NCBI GenBank assembly: GCA_973851085.1
Contig: OZ316775.1
Coordinates: 2,046,001-2,110,000 of the forward strand
Origin: Ptychomitrium polyphyllum
Lineage: Eukaryota
Reading direction: 5' to 3'
Length of the DNA stretch: 64,000 nucleotides
This document shows, in pieces, positions 40,501 to 54,100 of this stretch. The notes beneath the pieces are model-generated. The model was not told the DNA's origin and searched no databases. It saw only the letters and a list, made by a program, of their open reading frames with translations. The position numbers and the translations under genes are program-made. Numbering within the stretch: the stretch's first letter is position 1; each line of letters opens with the position of its first letter.

Positions 40501-42423
40501 AAAAATTTGTTTATTTTACATTTATGGAGATTACATCCATAGAAGCCAACATGTGTTGAAAAGAAATAGACTATTATATTGAAATGCATTATTATATTGT
40601 GAATTATATCTCTTATGTGATACAAAATAAAACTTCTAAAAATTTTAATTCTTTTTTAAAATACTTCTTTTTATCAATATTCTACATAATTTTGTCTTTT
40701 TGGAAAGCTTTTCAAATTCATTTGGCCTTTCTTAAGTTCTTGTTGGAATGAATGCGGCTCTATGACTCTATTTTGCATTCAAAGGAGGAAATATAATGAT
40801 ATCAATGATTTAAATTGTAATTAAAAAGTACTTATATAATAGTTTTGCTTAAGAAGCAATTACACATTAACCACAAATGAATTATTTAAGTTATTTTTAG
40901 AATTATGCTCTAAATGCAAGCGATCAATTTACAAATTTTTATATGTTTTTTATTCTTGATAGATATTCTTTTACTATTATGCTTGACTTCAAATTGTATG
41001 GATAGAAAGAATGCTCATAACAGAGTCTATAGGGTATTAGTATTTGAATTATTATACAATTGTCTATGTAATATCAAAAATGAAATACAATTTGGAAATT
41101 GGAATCAACTCTTATTTAACAAAACCTTATATTTTTTAAAAGTAAAGGTCAACATTGTAGTATTTGCAAAAAAATTATTACTTAAAAGGCTATTTATTTT
41201 ATAATTCCTACTAGGTTTATTTACAAAAGCTACAACAAACAGTAATGTCAATTGCAAAAATAAATTAAAAAGCTTTGTTTGGCTCTAATTCCACATTTGA
41301 AGTTTATTTAAGCATGCTTGGTATAAAAGTTTTAGTTGCAAAATAGCTATGATTTTCATCCTATTGATAAGCAAAACAATTCAATATATCAATGATCTTA
41401 GAGCAATTTCAAATACAAACTTTTTTTTCAACTTTTAGTTTTGATAAATTTAAAATATTGTAAAAAATGTATTAATATTAACATTGTGTTGTAAAAATTT
41501 AAATAGAATCACATATACATTGTATGACAAATCATATGTATTAGACACTTAGGAATTCACTAATAAAAAAACATAAATATAAATTACTTTAGAACATTGA
41601 TTTAATTAAATTGAACAAATTAATACTACATTTTGTTGTTTCTAATTACTTGGTATTCTTCAAAAACTTATACATTGTTCTTGAAACTTTAATAAATATC
41701 TATGTGCCATTCAAAATATGTTTACACAAAATTTGTGTTTGAAAATATGTTTTACTTTTGTTCAATGTGTTCTTCTTTGAATTAGACTAATTAGGATTGT
41801 AATATTACTATTAATCATGCCCAAAAAATTTGATTATTGTTACTTAACATTTTTGAAGAATATCTCTTTGTTATTATTTTGCTACTATTTCTTTTGAAAA
41901 GAAGAAGGAGTTACAACCTTCCGATTTATTTTTTTGTTCAAATATATTAAATCACAATCTCCATTTGAAAGTTCTTTCAAAATTTGAAGCAAATGAAGAA
42001 ACTTAAAGACAATCTTCCTACCAAGTAAGGTAAAGCAAATAAGTAATATTATTTTTGTTTATAAGTTGAATGTTTTCTTTACTAAATCAAGTTATCCAAA
42101 AATCAAGTAGATTGTTTAAAGAAGAAATATTTACAAATTCATACTACAAACACTTTTTTGGGTATAAACAACAACAAAGTGATTGGACTTAAACACACTC
42201 CTTGCCACTAAGTTATCTAATTTAGCCATGCTTATCACCATGCATAAAAAGGACCACCTACTATTGTAGTACTTACAATAGATTGGAAGCAAAACCATTG
42301 AAACCAATTTGGCATGCAAATTCACAAAATATGATAATAAAAAAGAAAGATAGAAGGAAGTAGCTATTAAAGAGCTCCAACACATCACCTATTATCTCAC
42401 TTTATGTAGATGATTGAGGCACA

Positions 42424-42526
42424 CACTCCAATTTAACAAGGTTTCATCCACTCCAACTTAACAAGGTTTCATCCACTCCAACTTGACAAGGTTTCATCCA
42501 CTCCAACTTAACAAGGTTTCATCCAC
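42424..42526. repeat. 25-bp minisatellite, 4 copies
   Basis: Unit CACTCCAACTTAACAAGGTTTCATC x4 with two single substitutions. Confidence 0.95.
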
Positions 42527-43042
42527 AGTCTACAAAACTGAAAGCAATCCGCAACCTCCACGTCTCTGGGTGAGACAAGGGTGCAGTTTACAAACACATC
42601 AACTCTACTCACAAAGAAGCCAACAGTTCGCTGAGATCTGGATCAAGTAGGTCACCATGAGACTCATGGTCCAGCCGAGGGGAGTTGCCCTTCAGAGCCC
42701 ATACAATATTGTATGTTCCCCTTTGCCAACTGGACTTGACGACTTTGGAAGCAACACTCTGGGATCCTCCATTCAATGGCAGCCTCCACTGGAATCTAAG
42801 GGGTAGAGTGCAAGCAAAACAAACATGTCCCAGCAAAGCCATGGTCATCTTCATCATCACCATGCACATCAGCATCACAGACCAAAAGTCCTCCCTTGAA
42901 TCCAAACACGCCCAGAATCATAACCAGAATCATAATCTGAATCGTAATCATTAAGGATCATTTTGTCTGCTGCAGCAAAAACACTTGAGTTGTTGTGCTT
43001 GTTGGGATCCTCAATGGTCGTCCCTTGAATTATCATCACTCG

Positions 43043-43062
43043 TGCATGCATGCATGCATGCA
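43043..43062. repeat. (TGCA)5 palindromic run (RY-like CATGCATG) upstream of the SAC gene
   Basis: tgcatgcatgcatgcatgca. Confidence 0.7.
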
Positions 43063-43397
43063 CCGATGATCGAAGGTAATGCCTTTGCCATCACTCGACG
43101 TACCCCTTCTGATCGATCACCACGTTCGATGCCGATGCAGTGCTCATGCCCCATGCAGTCTTTCTGCAGTGTTCATGTTTGGCCGTTTCTGAATCCGTCC
43201 GCTTTCTATGTGCTGCGACCATCTTCGTTGTTCCTCCTCTGGTAAGACATGGGCAAAGCCGGAGTTTTTCTATCCTGTAAGGTTCCTCGTTTGGTTTGGT
43301 GACCCTTGGTGTTGTTAGAAGCAGATAGCAATGGTGGTGTTGTTCTGGTGAGTTTTGAGCGCGTTGGATTTGAGCTGGGCGTGTGGAGTTAAGCATT

Positions 43398-46300
43398 GTG
43401 GCGTCCAAGGAGAGGGAGTTTGGGAAGTTCGGGGGCGACTGTGGGCTGTGCAGTCGCATTCGCCTATGGGAGCTCCCGGACCAGTATGTGTTCGAGCCGA
43501 CGGATGGTTCTTCGCCTCCTCAGTGTCTTGCCATCAGCCGAGTGGATGGCGACATTACCCTACTTGGTGAGGAGCCTCTCAGCCTGGAACTGTGGCCATT
43601 TTTCATGTTTGCATGAAATCAGCCAGAGCATATTAAGATTTAGCGGGGTAAAATCAGTTTGATGCTGAAGTTATCGCTTTGCTCTATCTTTTCTTGCGCA
43701 GGTCATGTGCCAACTGCCGGCGCCAATCAGCGTGTGCATACGGAGGAAGTTTATGGAGTTGCTGGCATTATCAGGTTGCTGGCAGGCAAGTTCCTTCGCG
43801 GAGTAATCCTGCTGATGCCGTTCAGATTCTGGCGGTTTTTCTGGAAATCTTTATCTTTTCTGAAATTTTCGACTTCTGAATGCAATGTTTTATTGTGCTT
43901 GGAACAGGAACGTATGTTCTAGTTATAACTGGGCGACAGGAAGTGGGACTGTACCGTGGGTCACCTGCCTTTCGAGTAACAGCATTGCAGTTTCTGTGTT
44001 GTAATCAAAGATTGGGAGATCTTACTCCAGAAGAGGTTTGTACTCAATTTTTCATTTTAGGGTTTGTAGTGTCCAAAGTTAGCAGATTTAGTTTGAAATC
44101 CATGTAGATCTACTTCAGAGTTTGTGCTCCTCCACGATGAAAGATTAGGGTTGGTCGGGGTCTCATTACAAAACGTCACCTCTATGCAGATTCGGGATGA
44201 AGCTCATTACATGAGATTGTTGAAAGTGGTGGAAACTACTCCTGGTCTCTACTTCTCATACGACACGGATTTGACGGTCCAGTAAGTTCTTTTATCTCCT
44301 CTCCTGGACATTGTGGCCATCCAAGCTGGTATGTAGAATGCAGACCTAGTGAACCTCTGTGCTTTCTAGGGCACATGAGCGCCACGTTGTATCCAGGCCA
44401 ACCGTATGAATTGTGTTTCAAGCATGGCTTAAAAAGTTTGTTCATAGGTAGTCAAGATGCTAAATGCTGTCAATGGCACACTGATGTCTTCGCAGTGCAC
44501 GGGCGGCGGTTGCAGCTGGTTCCAAGATACATCGGTTGCCTCTACACCAACAGGTGCAACACCGTTGAAAACTGCTGGAGACTTTTTGCTTTTCTTTGAA
44601 CTGTTGTGTGCTTTACATTAGAACTGGTGCTACATACTGATTCTGCGTTCATTTCAAGAATTCCGTGTACATGATTGTTGTCAATCTATTTTTATTTTTT
44701 AATCTCATCTTTTGTTGTCAGCCCCAGCAAAATATTCATTTTGTGGAATATGACGTAATTGCAATCGTAACTTCATATAGGCAGAATCCTAACGCAGTCT
44801 CTCTGGTATGGAGTATTGAACCAGGCTGAATCGAGGTTCTTATGGAACCGATATTTGCTCCAAGAATTCATCGAGTCAAAGGTGATCAAAATCTAATTGG
44901 TCCAATCCGCCCTAGGCGTCGATTATGTCCTCAAACATTGCCTTTGCATTGTTTTGATTAACCCCTTTAATTTAGAATCTCATTTTAAAAGTAATAATGA
45001 AAACGTGTTAGTTTGTTAATGTGATTCTGTTACCTTCTACTGCCATTTGTTAACTAATTTTTTGTTCCTTTTTTATCTTAATTCTATGTGCAGTTGGAGT
45101 CCTTCATTCTGCCCATAATCCAAGGCAATATCCTCTTAAGCTCTTTTCCGCCGTTGTCACGAGGTCTCTGACCTTGTCGTTATTTAAGACATACGCACTA
45201 TCAATCTTCACTAGAAATTCTTCTAGTGATAAAAATGAGGTCGAGTTTTCTGGTTTCAAGAGTCTCAAGGACATTGATGTCCTTGACTGTCAACACGTTT
45301 TCAGAGTGCCCAGAGCACTGTGAACGACACAGAAGTGAAGTTGACTATCATTTCTCGCCGGTGTATGCAACGTGTAGGTAAGGGAACATCATTCCACTCA
45401 CCGGAGATCTCTATTATCACTTCTCACGAAAATACTGTTAGGTGGTACATGTTGTTTAGAGGCATAGTTAAAGGCCAGAAACTCGTTGCAAGCCCGGATG
45501 GTTGACTTGAACATTCCGGTTTGCAGGCACCCGTATGTGGAGGAGGGGAGCCGACACCAAAGGAAATGTTGCCAACTTTGTCGAAACAGAACAAATCATT
45601 GAGGCAGAGAATTTTGTCTCTTCCTATGTTCAGGTCTTAGGACACCGCAATTCTCTGTAGCTGAATCATGACCATATTTGTGATATAGTTAGATGTTATC
45701 ACTTTGTTTTCAACTTTTGACATTTGATCACATTGAGTGCAAATTGATATGTCGTTGATTTGTGTATCTTGGAATCAGGTTCGTGGTTCAGTTCCTCTTT
45801 TATGGGAGCAGATTGTGGATTTGAGCTACAAACCCACGATAAATGATTTAAACTTGGAAGGAACGGTATGTGCTGCCAAACTATAATGCTTGAAATCCTG
45901 AATTGCATAGGGTTGTCCGAATGTGCTGCTGTTGCTCCTCTAGCTGTTAGGATAAATGTTTTCAGAGTTCGACCAGCTGCCATTATATAGAAAATTTGAA
46001 GGAGTAAGCTGTATATTTGAGAATTTGCACGCTCTTAATATGAATCACAATGTTCTACTTTTTGACAATATGGATTACAGCCAAAGGCTGTAGAACGTCA
46101 TTTCAAGGATCTGCATATGCGTTACGGAGATGTGTTGGTTGTGGATCTTATCAATCAGGTACAGTGTCCTGAGCTTGTAGTATAAGCTGATTAGGTTCAA
46201 TGGAATGCGTTATAGTTCTGCAATTACTAATTACGAAGTCGAGAACGAGGCATGTGTTTTGTCGCTTTTATATATTTTGCCACCTTCTTTTTTTTGCACT

Positions 46301-48694
46301 CAGATCTAAATGCTGAAAGCTGTATCTTCGTCGTGCAGCAAGGTTCGGAAGGAGTTTTGAGTGTAGCGTTTGCCAAGGCAATGGAAAAGATCACTAGTGA
46401 TTCTATCAGGTCTGCAATCCTGCATTCGGATTCTCTTGCGTTCCTTGTTTATGACTTGTAATTTAACATTCACTACAGATGTTTGTGAGCGTAAGCTTTA
46501 TTACTTTTGCAAGTATTGGAAGGTGCTCTGGTAGTAGAGTACTGTATTCATGGAATGTGGAAGTTTTGAGGGCATGCAGATATGTGCCGTTTGATTTCCA
46601 TCACATCTGCGGCCAGTTGAATTTTGCACGTTTATCAGATTTATACGATGGCATCGCTGAGCACCTGAGCAGGCAAAGGTGATTCTTTGAATATAATTCG
46701 GAGCTGAACCTTACCAGCTGAATGCAGTTCACTTTTTATTTTTGATAAAAGACGTTGGCAATCGTAGGCTTAGAAGGCATACTCTCGATGCCTCATTATT
46801 CTGCTCTGCGTCTCAGTTGTAGAAGTTTATTTCCAAATGTCTGCACTTCTTTACGTTAGTTTCTATTCATTTTGATGCTGTTGCTTGCAGTCAATTGTGG
46901 CCATCTGGTAGTTATTAATTTCACTAACAGATTTTTGTGTGCCTTTCAGCTACTTCATGACGGATTCAGAAGAAATTTTGCAAGAGCAGAAGGGTGTAGT
47001 AAGGACGAACTGCATCGATTGTCTAGACCGTACAAATGTCACTCAGGTATATCATTCTTAATCAGCTTACTGTAAGCCTGACAGTTCTTTGGCATTAAAA
47101 ATTAGTCTAGACTATAGAATATTAGCGGGAGCTTCATTGAGTTCATATGTATGTTAAATAATGGTCGTCGTTTCTGCAGAGTATGCTGGGGAGGAAGTCA
47201 CTTGAGATCCAATTAAGGAAGATGGGTCTCCTTGGGCATTCCGAGACGCTTGAGGGGCAGCTTGATTTTGACGCAAAATTTAAATGCTGTACGTGGCTTG
47301 ATGTTGTCTATTCTTGTCCAGTCTTACTTTCCTACATAACTAATGGCTGCTCAATTAGTCATCAAAAAATAAATAGAAAATGAAAAACCATCAGTTTCAT
47401 ACATCTTTGCTTCTTCAGAGTTGCTCTTAGATTGAGGAACTTAACTGATTTCTAGCTATCCGTTGATTCATGAATTGATAATGTGTTGCATGCTGACTCT
47501 GTCTATTGCATCTGCTAAATTGTTTTTGAGAAAAGCAGTATGGGCTGATAATGGGGATGACATAAGCATTCAGTACTCGGGCACTTCAGCTCTTAAGGGC
47601 GACTTTGTTCGGTACTCCGTCCATCCTGCATTTACAAATTTTTATTTGAAAATTCTAAGGTTTATAGCCCTTTTCTGGAGAAGCGTCCTTGCAGGGATTT
47701 AAAGTGTTCTTACCTTCATTAGGGAAGTTCTATCAGAATACTATTGTGGCCTTCCTCCAGTTGTGAGGCTTCTTGTTCAGTCTAAACTGAAGTGACATCT
47801 GATTAATTATGATGAAGGTATGGACGGAGCACTGCATCTGGACTTGTTCGAGATGGGTTGAGTGCTTTGGGCCGTTATTACTTTAATAATTTCAAGGATG
47901 GCTTGAGACAGGTAGATGGTTCTGCTTTGTTTTGTTGTCACTACCTTCGTTTTTTGGGGATGCCCAGTTGGGTGCATCCTTTTCCACACGGTTTTTGTGA
48001 CCCCCTAACGGAAGTGTTGTGGCAGGATGCAATGGATCTTGGAGCAGGCCATTATGAGGTGACTCGTGGGGCTCCATCTCCTTTTCAGCTGAATGGCTAT
48101 GAGTTATTTGCGGTGAGTATGTCGTCTGATGCATTCTTGCAGCTTCGTTGTTTATAGGACATCATGTCCTGGTTCTGAAACTTCGCAAATGTGTTGCAGT
48201 ATTTACCGGTGGCTTCTACTTTTCTTGTAACGGGCGTCACACTAACGACCCTTTCCATTCGCGAAGGTATGGTAGAGACTAGTAATTGCATTTTCATTTC
48301 TGCCCTTGTGATCACTGGATGTTTGTGGTGCACCAATAATATGCATCTTAGATCATTTCTAGCATAATTTCATTAGTACATTTACCTCTGCGTATGTTTC
48401 ACAGCAATAACAATTGTGACTCACTTAAATGGTTTGTGATACCACTTGGGTCCCTTCTGTAAATTTTGTTAATCTATAGTTTCATAGTTTTCAGTTTTGT
48501 CAAGGTTACTAAATATCCTTCCTCTTCGGAGAATTTTAATGATATGGTGGTGAGATTTTGCAGTGAGTGATGAGGCATACCAGTATGTTTCTAAAGTGTT
48601 GTGGGCTGGAATAGCGGCAGGCGTGACAGCGTTAGTTCGAACTCATGGAAGGTTATTTTGCAGCAGACCTCGACTTTGCCCAATTCAGGATTAA
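43398..48694 (+). CDS. SAC1-family phosphoinositide phosphatase (SAC8-like), 20 exons; exact start uncertain
   Basis: Exons ~43398-43566, 43702-43785, 43908-44035, 44190-44281, 44496-44553, 44825-44881, 45094-45127, 45297-45377, 45527-45633, 45779-45865, 46081-46158, 46339-46409, 46580-46678, 46950-47046, 47180-47288, 47539-47611, 47818-47911, 48026-48112, 48200-48266, 48564-48694 (TAA). Motifs: [50 protein letters not shown], catalytic [21 protein letters not shown], two C-terminal hydrophobic segments, and FCSRPRLC. Confidence 0.95.
45128..45296 (+). other. U12-type (minor spliceosome) AT-AC intron in the SAC gene
   Basis: 5' site ATATCCTCTT, branch point TCCTTGAC at 45280-45287, and 3' AC at 45295-45296. 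Removal restores IIQG-S-FQ in frame. Confidence 0.92.
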
Positions 48695-51600
48695 TATTCC
48701 CCTCATTCAGCTACATTATTGATGTGAATGTTGGACCCACTGTTTGGATCGTGTCTTTTGGGTATGGATGGTATGATAGTGGGCTCTAAAGACAGTTAAG
48801 CTATCCAAGATGTACAGGTATTTTATCAAGTGTCGACTAGCTGGTTTACTCGGTTTGTGGCCATGTTTTTGCCTGTTTGCATCTTGAAATCCCTATTTTT
48901 GTAGATTCTCAGCCCAATGTTCGTCCAATGAACTCCTCGTCATCAGAAAGTATGTCCTGATGTTTGTACTCTTAGTATACCTGTGCTTGAATTGTGAAGC
49001 GATAAGCGATCCATTACTGCATTAGAAGAGCCATGTGCTTGCTGAGATGAAACGTGTATGTCATGATTTTACACGTCTCTATTGCTTTTCCTTGTTTTTG
49101 GATTTGGATTTTGGGTAGGTTAATAAAGGGTCTACCTTCCTTGGCGAAAGCACCTCTACATTCTTATTCTCTGTTATGTAGTCATACGGCAAGTGTGCAG
49201 CAGGAAAAGGCGCTTCACTTATGATGGCTACTTTGGAGTTATTGTCTCTCTTCTGTATGTTGGGTTGAATGTTTGGTTTACATATTAGATCTTGAAGAGG
49301 TGGACATTGCTCTGTTACCTCAAGTTGGACGTGTCTTTGGAAATTCTGAAATACTGTTGAAAATCATGTTCAATGAACTGTGTGAGGTTGTCCCTTCCAG
49401 ATTTGTTCTATGGCTTCTTTAGAATTTGTTTTGGCTTGATCAGTGCTGTTTGATTGAAGTACCAAATTATTTGTTATTAATCATTATTGAATGGTGTTAA
49501 TGTCAGTTACATTTCAAGGCAAAAAGTTGCATTAAGGATTTTGTGATCGTATTCCTAGTACTGTACAGACTTGATCATATTGGATTGTTTAAAGATCTAA
49601 GATTCCTGATCCTTAATATACTTCAGTTACATGGGAGGATTGTTCTAAGCAAGTCCTTGAAGTAAGAACTGTAGTGTGAGTAATTTGATAGCATTCTTGA
49701 AAGCATTTGCATACATCCATCTTAATTTATCATATCACCAATATACTGTGGATTGATGAGGGGAGGAGAAAATGAGAACATTGAAACAAAATTGCAAATC
49801 CAGCTCTTTCAGGAAAAAAATAATATCATTAAAAAAGGGTTGAACTAGGTGTTACTGTTTGTTTCTAAAAATAAGAATCCTGTTCTGTCTCCTATTCCAA
49901 GACACGAAGTCCACAAACGTTAAGGCAAGAAAAGTACTCTCCATTCACCTTTAACAATGTGACGACACAACAGTTATCCAACTAAGCATCTCAGCGGTTG
50001 GTTGGACTTACCATAACAAACTTCTACCTCTGGAATCTGAATCAAATCCCCAGAAGAAGCATTAAAATATCCAGTCAAGCATGCAGCTACGTACAGGTGT
50101 ATCCGTATAATAAATTTAATACACTACACTTATCCAAAAAATCCTCAACTTGTCCTTGCTTTATAACGTCTATTTTGGTTTAAACTTATAATGATATATA
50201 GTGTCTTATTCATAGATGAATAACTCACTGTCCACCTGTGAGCCATGGACGTCGAACCATACACTCTCCTGTTGGTTGGCTAAGAGCTTGTTTCATAAAA
50301 ATGATTTGAAATCAAAATCTTCTAGACCTCTTTGAATGGTTCGATGGTAATGGTTGGCTTGGCACTCTACTAAGCAATTCTTGAGGTAAGAAATGTGATT
50401 GTTGTACCAAACAACAATGCCCCTTGTTACAAATATATAAGCAACTCAAACAATGGTTCTTACTACAAGTCAACATATGATGGTAAATATTACAACTCTT
50501 TTTGTGTTTTTTGTGTGTCTTAAGATGGGTCATGTATATTCGATGACATTGGAGCCTTAATACTTGACAAATCTCATCATGTACATGCAATCAATAATAT
50601 GTAGATGCATGTAAATGTATGTATATAATAAACAAAATAAAATGTACATATATATATATATATATTTTATATATTTATATATGTTTGTGTATATATACAA
50701 GCAACAGATTCATAAGTTGAGAATTAAAAAGTATTAAAAAATTAGTTTGAAAATTTTGAAAGATTAATAATAATGATTTAAAATTTTCAAATGTTTTATA
50801 TACATGAATGCCTAAACTATTAAAGATGAGCTTCAAATAATACATTACTATGTTATGTTCATACATACACTTATTGAAATTAATGGAAGTCGTGTAATAT
50901 AAGATTTAAATAAGAGTTTTTTATTTTATTCAAAATATACCATAATTTTCATATTTGCCATTTCAAACAAAAAACTAATGTATATCCAAAATTCACTAAG
51001 GTCATATGTTCTTATAACATATTTCTTTCCAAAATGGTTAAGAAAATGTTGTGTTGATATAAAGCACCATTAAGCCAATTGACAAATGAAGGCTACTTAA
51101 AATTAAATCCATGATTTTTATCACATCTAAGCTACTTTTATGGAGAAATATTCAACTCATCAAAAAGCAATGCCATATCACAACTTTCAAATTTCAAAAG
51201 GATAATAATAAAATGTTTAAAAAAATAGGTAATGGTAGCAATAAAATATTTAATTAGTATTTTAAAAAATAAGAAAAAGGTTGAAAATAGCTTATCAACA
51301 ATTCCACATTTATAGTTATCTCTACATACAAGAATTCAATTGTACTAATTGATAATAAAAATTCAACTTCATTGAAATATAAGTTTATTTAATTATCCTA
51401 AGTATAATATAAACCATTGCAAAACATCCTTTATAATAACATCATAATAATGCTTATATAAACTGCATTAGCTACCAAATTTTGATTAATAAATGTTTAA
51501 AATTGTTCAAAAGCTTCAATAGCAAAAACAACCTTTCAAATTATAAATAAGACCTAAACATACTTTCAACTACTAATAATTGCTAAAATTAATTATATGA

Positions 51601-53094
51601 GATGGCCATGGTATTTGTGCAAAATTTAAAACCTCTGATTATTCCTCAAAAAATATTTGAAACTTATGTAATACCATAGGCTTTCAAAATTATAATAATA
51701 CATTCTAAATATAGTTCACAAAATTAATATGAAGGTTGTTGCAGCTTTGAATACAATAAAGATTGGTTTGAAGATGTTGACACCTATTTGGACAAAAGTT
51801 TTTTTTTTAAACTAAAAAGTACCATTAAAAATACTTCATCATATGCATCATTTAAGTTATTTGTTAAATAAAATCTTTCTCCTTGTATTTCCAAAACATA
51901 TTTGTTTTATAAATAAAACAAGCATTAAAGCACTCTTAATTTGGCAAAGTGCTTGGAAGAACTTTGAGCACCTACAACAAATTAAGAATTGTATTAAAAG
52001 AGCTTTGATTACTCTGTAGTAGTCCAAAATTCAAGCCTTTTTTATTATACTTCAAAATTGTAGAAATTTTTTGTTGATTCATCAAAACATTGGATGTAAC
52101 AGTTAGAAGAGGTTGTATTGTCTAAGGAAGCCAACTGTGATGTGGATTCTAAGAAAGGGAAGAAGCATTTTTGCAACATCTTTGCTATAATAAAATGCCA
52201 CTTTTTCATTTTGGATCTTTACTAACTTTGCTGCAAGATTGTTATATATGGTAGTGAGCCAAGCCTATTGATTTAATCTAGTAGCAATGTCATCAAGTAC
52301 AGATAGGAAACAAATGTTCCTATTAAATATGTAGGTTATTTTTTTCTCAAAAAAATACTTTAGAAAAGTCCTTATTTTTGCATAACTAAGGTTTTGGAAC
52401 TTTATTGGATCTCCCAACTTTCTTTAGCACGTGGGACAAGACCTGTTACAAGCTAAAAAATAATTAGAAACTACCAATTATAATACAATAGTTATTGTCT
52501 TGTCTTTGAGATATCAAGTATCTTGGAAGATGCTACTGGTAATGTATATTTGTCTACCAGAGATGGTTCCAAGAAAACCATAACCATTGTGCTTAATTGC
52601 AATGTTTAAAAAATTCAAAATGGAATCAATATGATGGAAAGGCTGATTCTATGGTAGTTGGACGAATTATAACAATCTAATACTGCAGAGATATACTAAC
52701 TTTGTAGGATTGGTGGTAGCAAAAATTGCCTAAGACTAGAGTTGATTCATGGGCATAAATGTGACATCTTTCCAAACACTGCTTGTTGAACAATCTAAAG
52801 TGCAAATGTACTATAATAGCAAGGAGAGGAAAAAGCTAAGCTTAAGTGGAAAGTAGTAATGGGGAATATGAAAGTTGTAGAAGAAAAGAGGGAATGGAAT
52901 AAGGAGTTAGAATTATACTGTGGTCGTTATGATGAATGTAGGATTTGCATATCTGGTATTTATAATGGCCAATATGAATCTTCATAACTAATATTGGTTC
53001 TTAGCACACAATGTTATCATTAGGAACAGTGGTTTTAATGATTGATTTAGACAAGCCAAAAATTATTGGTAGGCTAAGTGAAGTGTAATTAATA

Positions 53095-54100
53095 TAATGG
53101 TAGGATTTGAGTTTATTAAAGTTAATAATGACAGGATGAAGATCAAAGTGGTCTATGGCTACTAATTATAGAATATTATTTAGTAAAAGGCATTGAACGT
53201 AGTAGGGGCCACATTATTTATTTATAAATTTTTGGTATAGAAATTGGCATCTTTTGGATTTCAAAGGATATAATCACCAAGATAGAAAGTAATATTCTTA
53301 CCTTAAGCCTTGGTAAGTTGAATGCGGTTCTATCACAATAAGCTTTAGTGGTCTTGGCTCTCCAATTTGGTAAATTGACCATCCAAAACACAATGGTGGT
53401 CAAAAATATAATTAATAGAGTTGTGATTTATTGGGACCTGATACTTGGTAGGCATGATAAAAAACAAGCCGTACATGAGTTAGAACGGAGAAATCAATAG
53501 TTATTTTGTAAGCAGTACGGTAAAAAAACATGGATGTTAAAAGATAAATATTCAAATTAGTGTAGTGATTGTCAATAAGTTTATAAAGCACTCCTAAAAT
53601 AACCTTATTGGTTGACTTAGCTTGGCCATTCCTTTAGAAATAGTATGTTGTAGATGTCATGTGTTTAATTAGGAAATGTTCCATGAATGTTTGGATTATC
53701 ATGTTGTTGAAATGTATGCTTTGGTCTTTAACAATATGGACATGATAACCAAAACAAGTAAGGATGTTCCTATAGAGGAATTGGGTGCTTTTTAAGGTTA
53801 TTTTGCCTTTTAATGCTATGCCTTTGACCCACTTAGTAGCATACTTTATTGCAAGAAAAAAATACCAATTACCATGATATTAGGTGCAAGAAAGAGGTCC
53901 AATAAAATCAAGACCTAATTTCATGAAAAGTTTAGCCAATAAAGACGCAATGAGTTTAATAATAATTGGTTTTGAAATATTTTTGGTACCTTGATAAGTT
54001 GGACAAGTCTGAGTGTAATTGAAAGTATCCTTATATAAAATTGGACACCAATAATTATTATCACAATTTTCTTGAATGATCATGTCTATTAAAAAGTACC
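53095..54100 (-). mobile_element. Decayed integrase of an outer (host) Ty3/gypsy element
   Basis: Fragments YWCPILYKD..YTQTCPTYQ (degenerate zinc finger), FMKLGLDFIGPL (DFIGP), and C-terminal GPYYVQ...IINFNKLKSY (GPY/F motif). Many stops and frameshifts. Confidence 0.8.

Noticed and set aside
42424..42526. CRISPR-like array
   Set aside because: Repeats are head-to-tail with no spacers, there are no cas genes, and the context is eukaryotic; it is a minisatellite.
601..48694. The six genes as a functional gene cluster
   Set aside because: Functions are unrelated (two TFs, a chaperone, a folate enzyme, an esterase, a lipid phosphatase), and nothing in the sequence indicates a shared pathway.
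50300..52900. Very AT-rich tract next to the LTR nest, possibly Helitron or hAT remnant
   Set aside because: No identifiable termini or helicase/transposase motifs.
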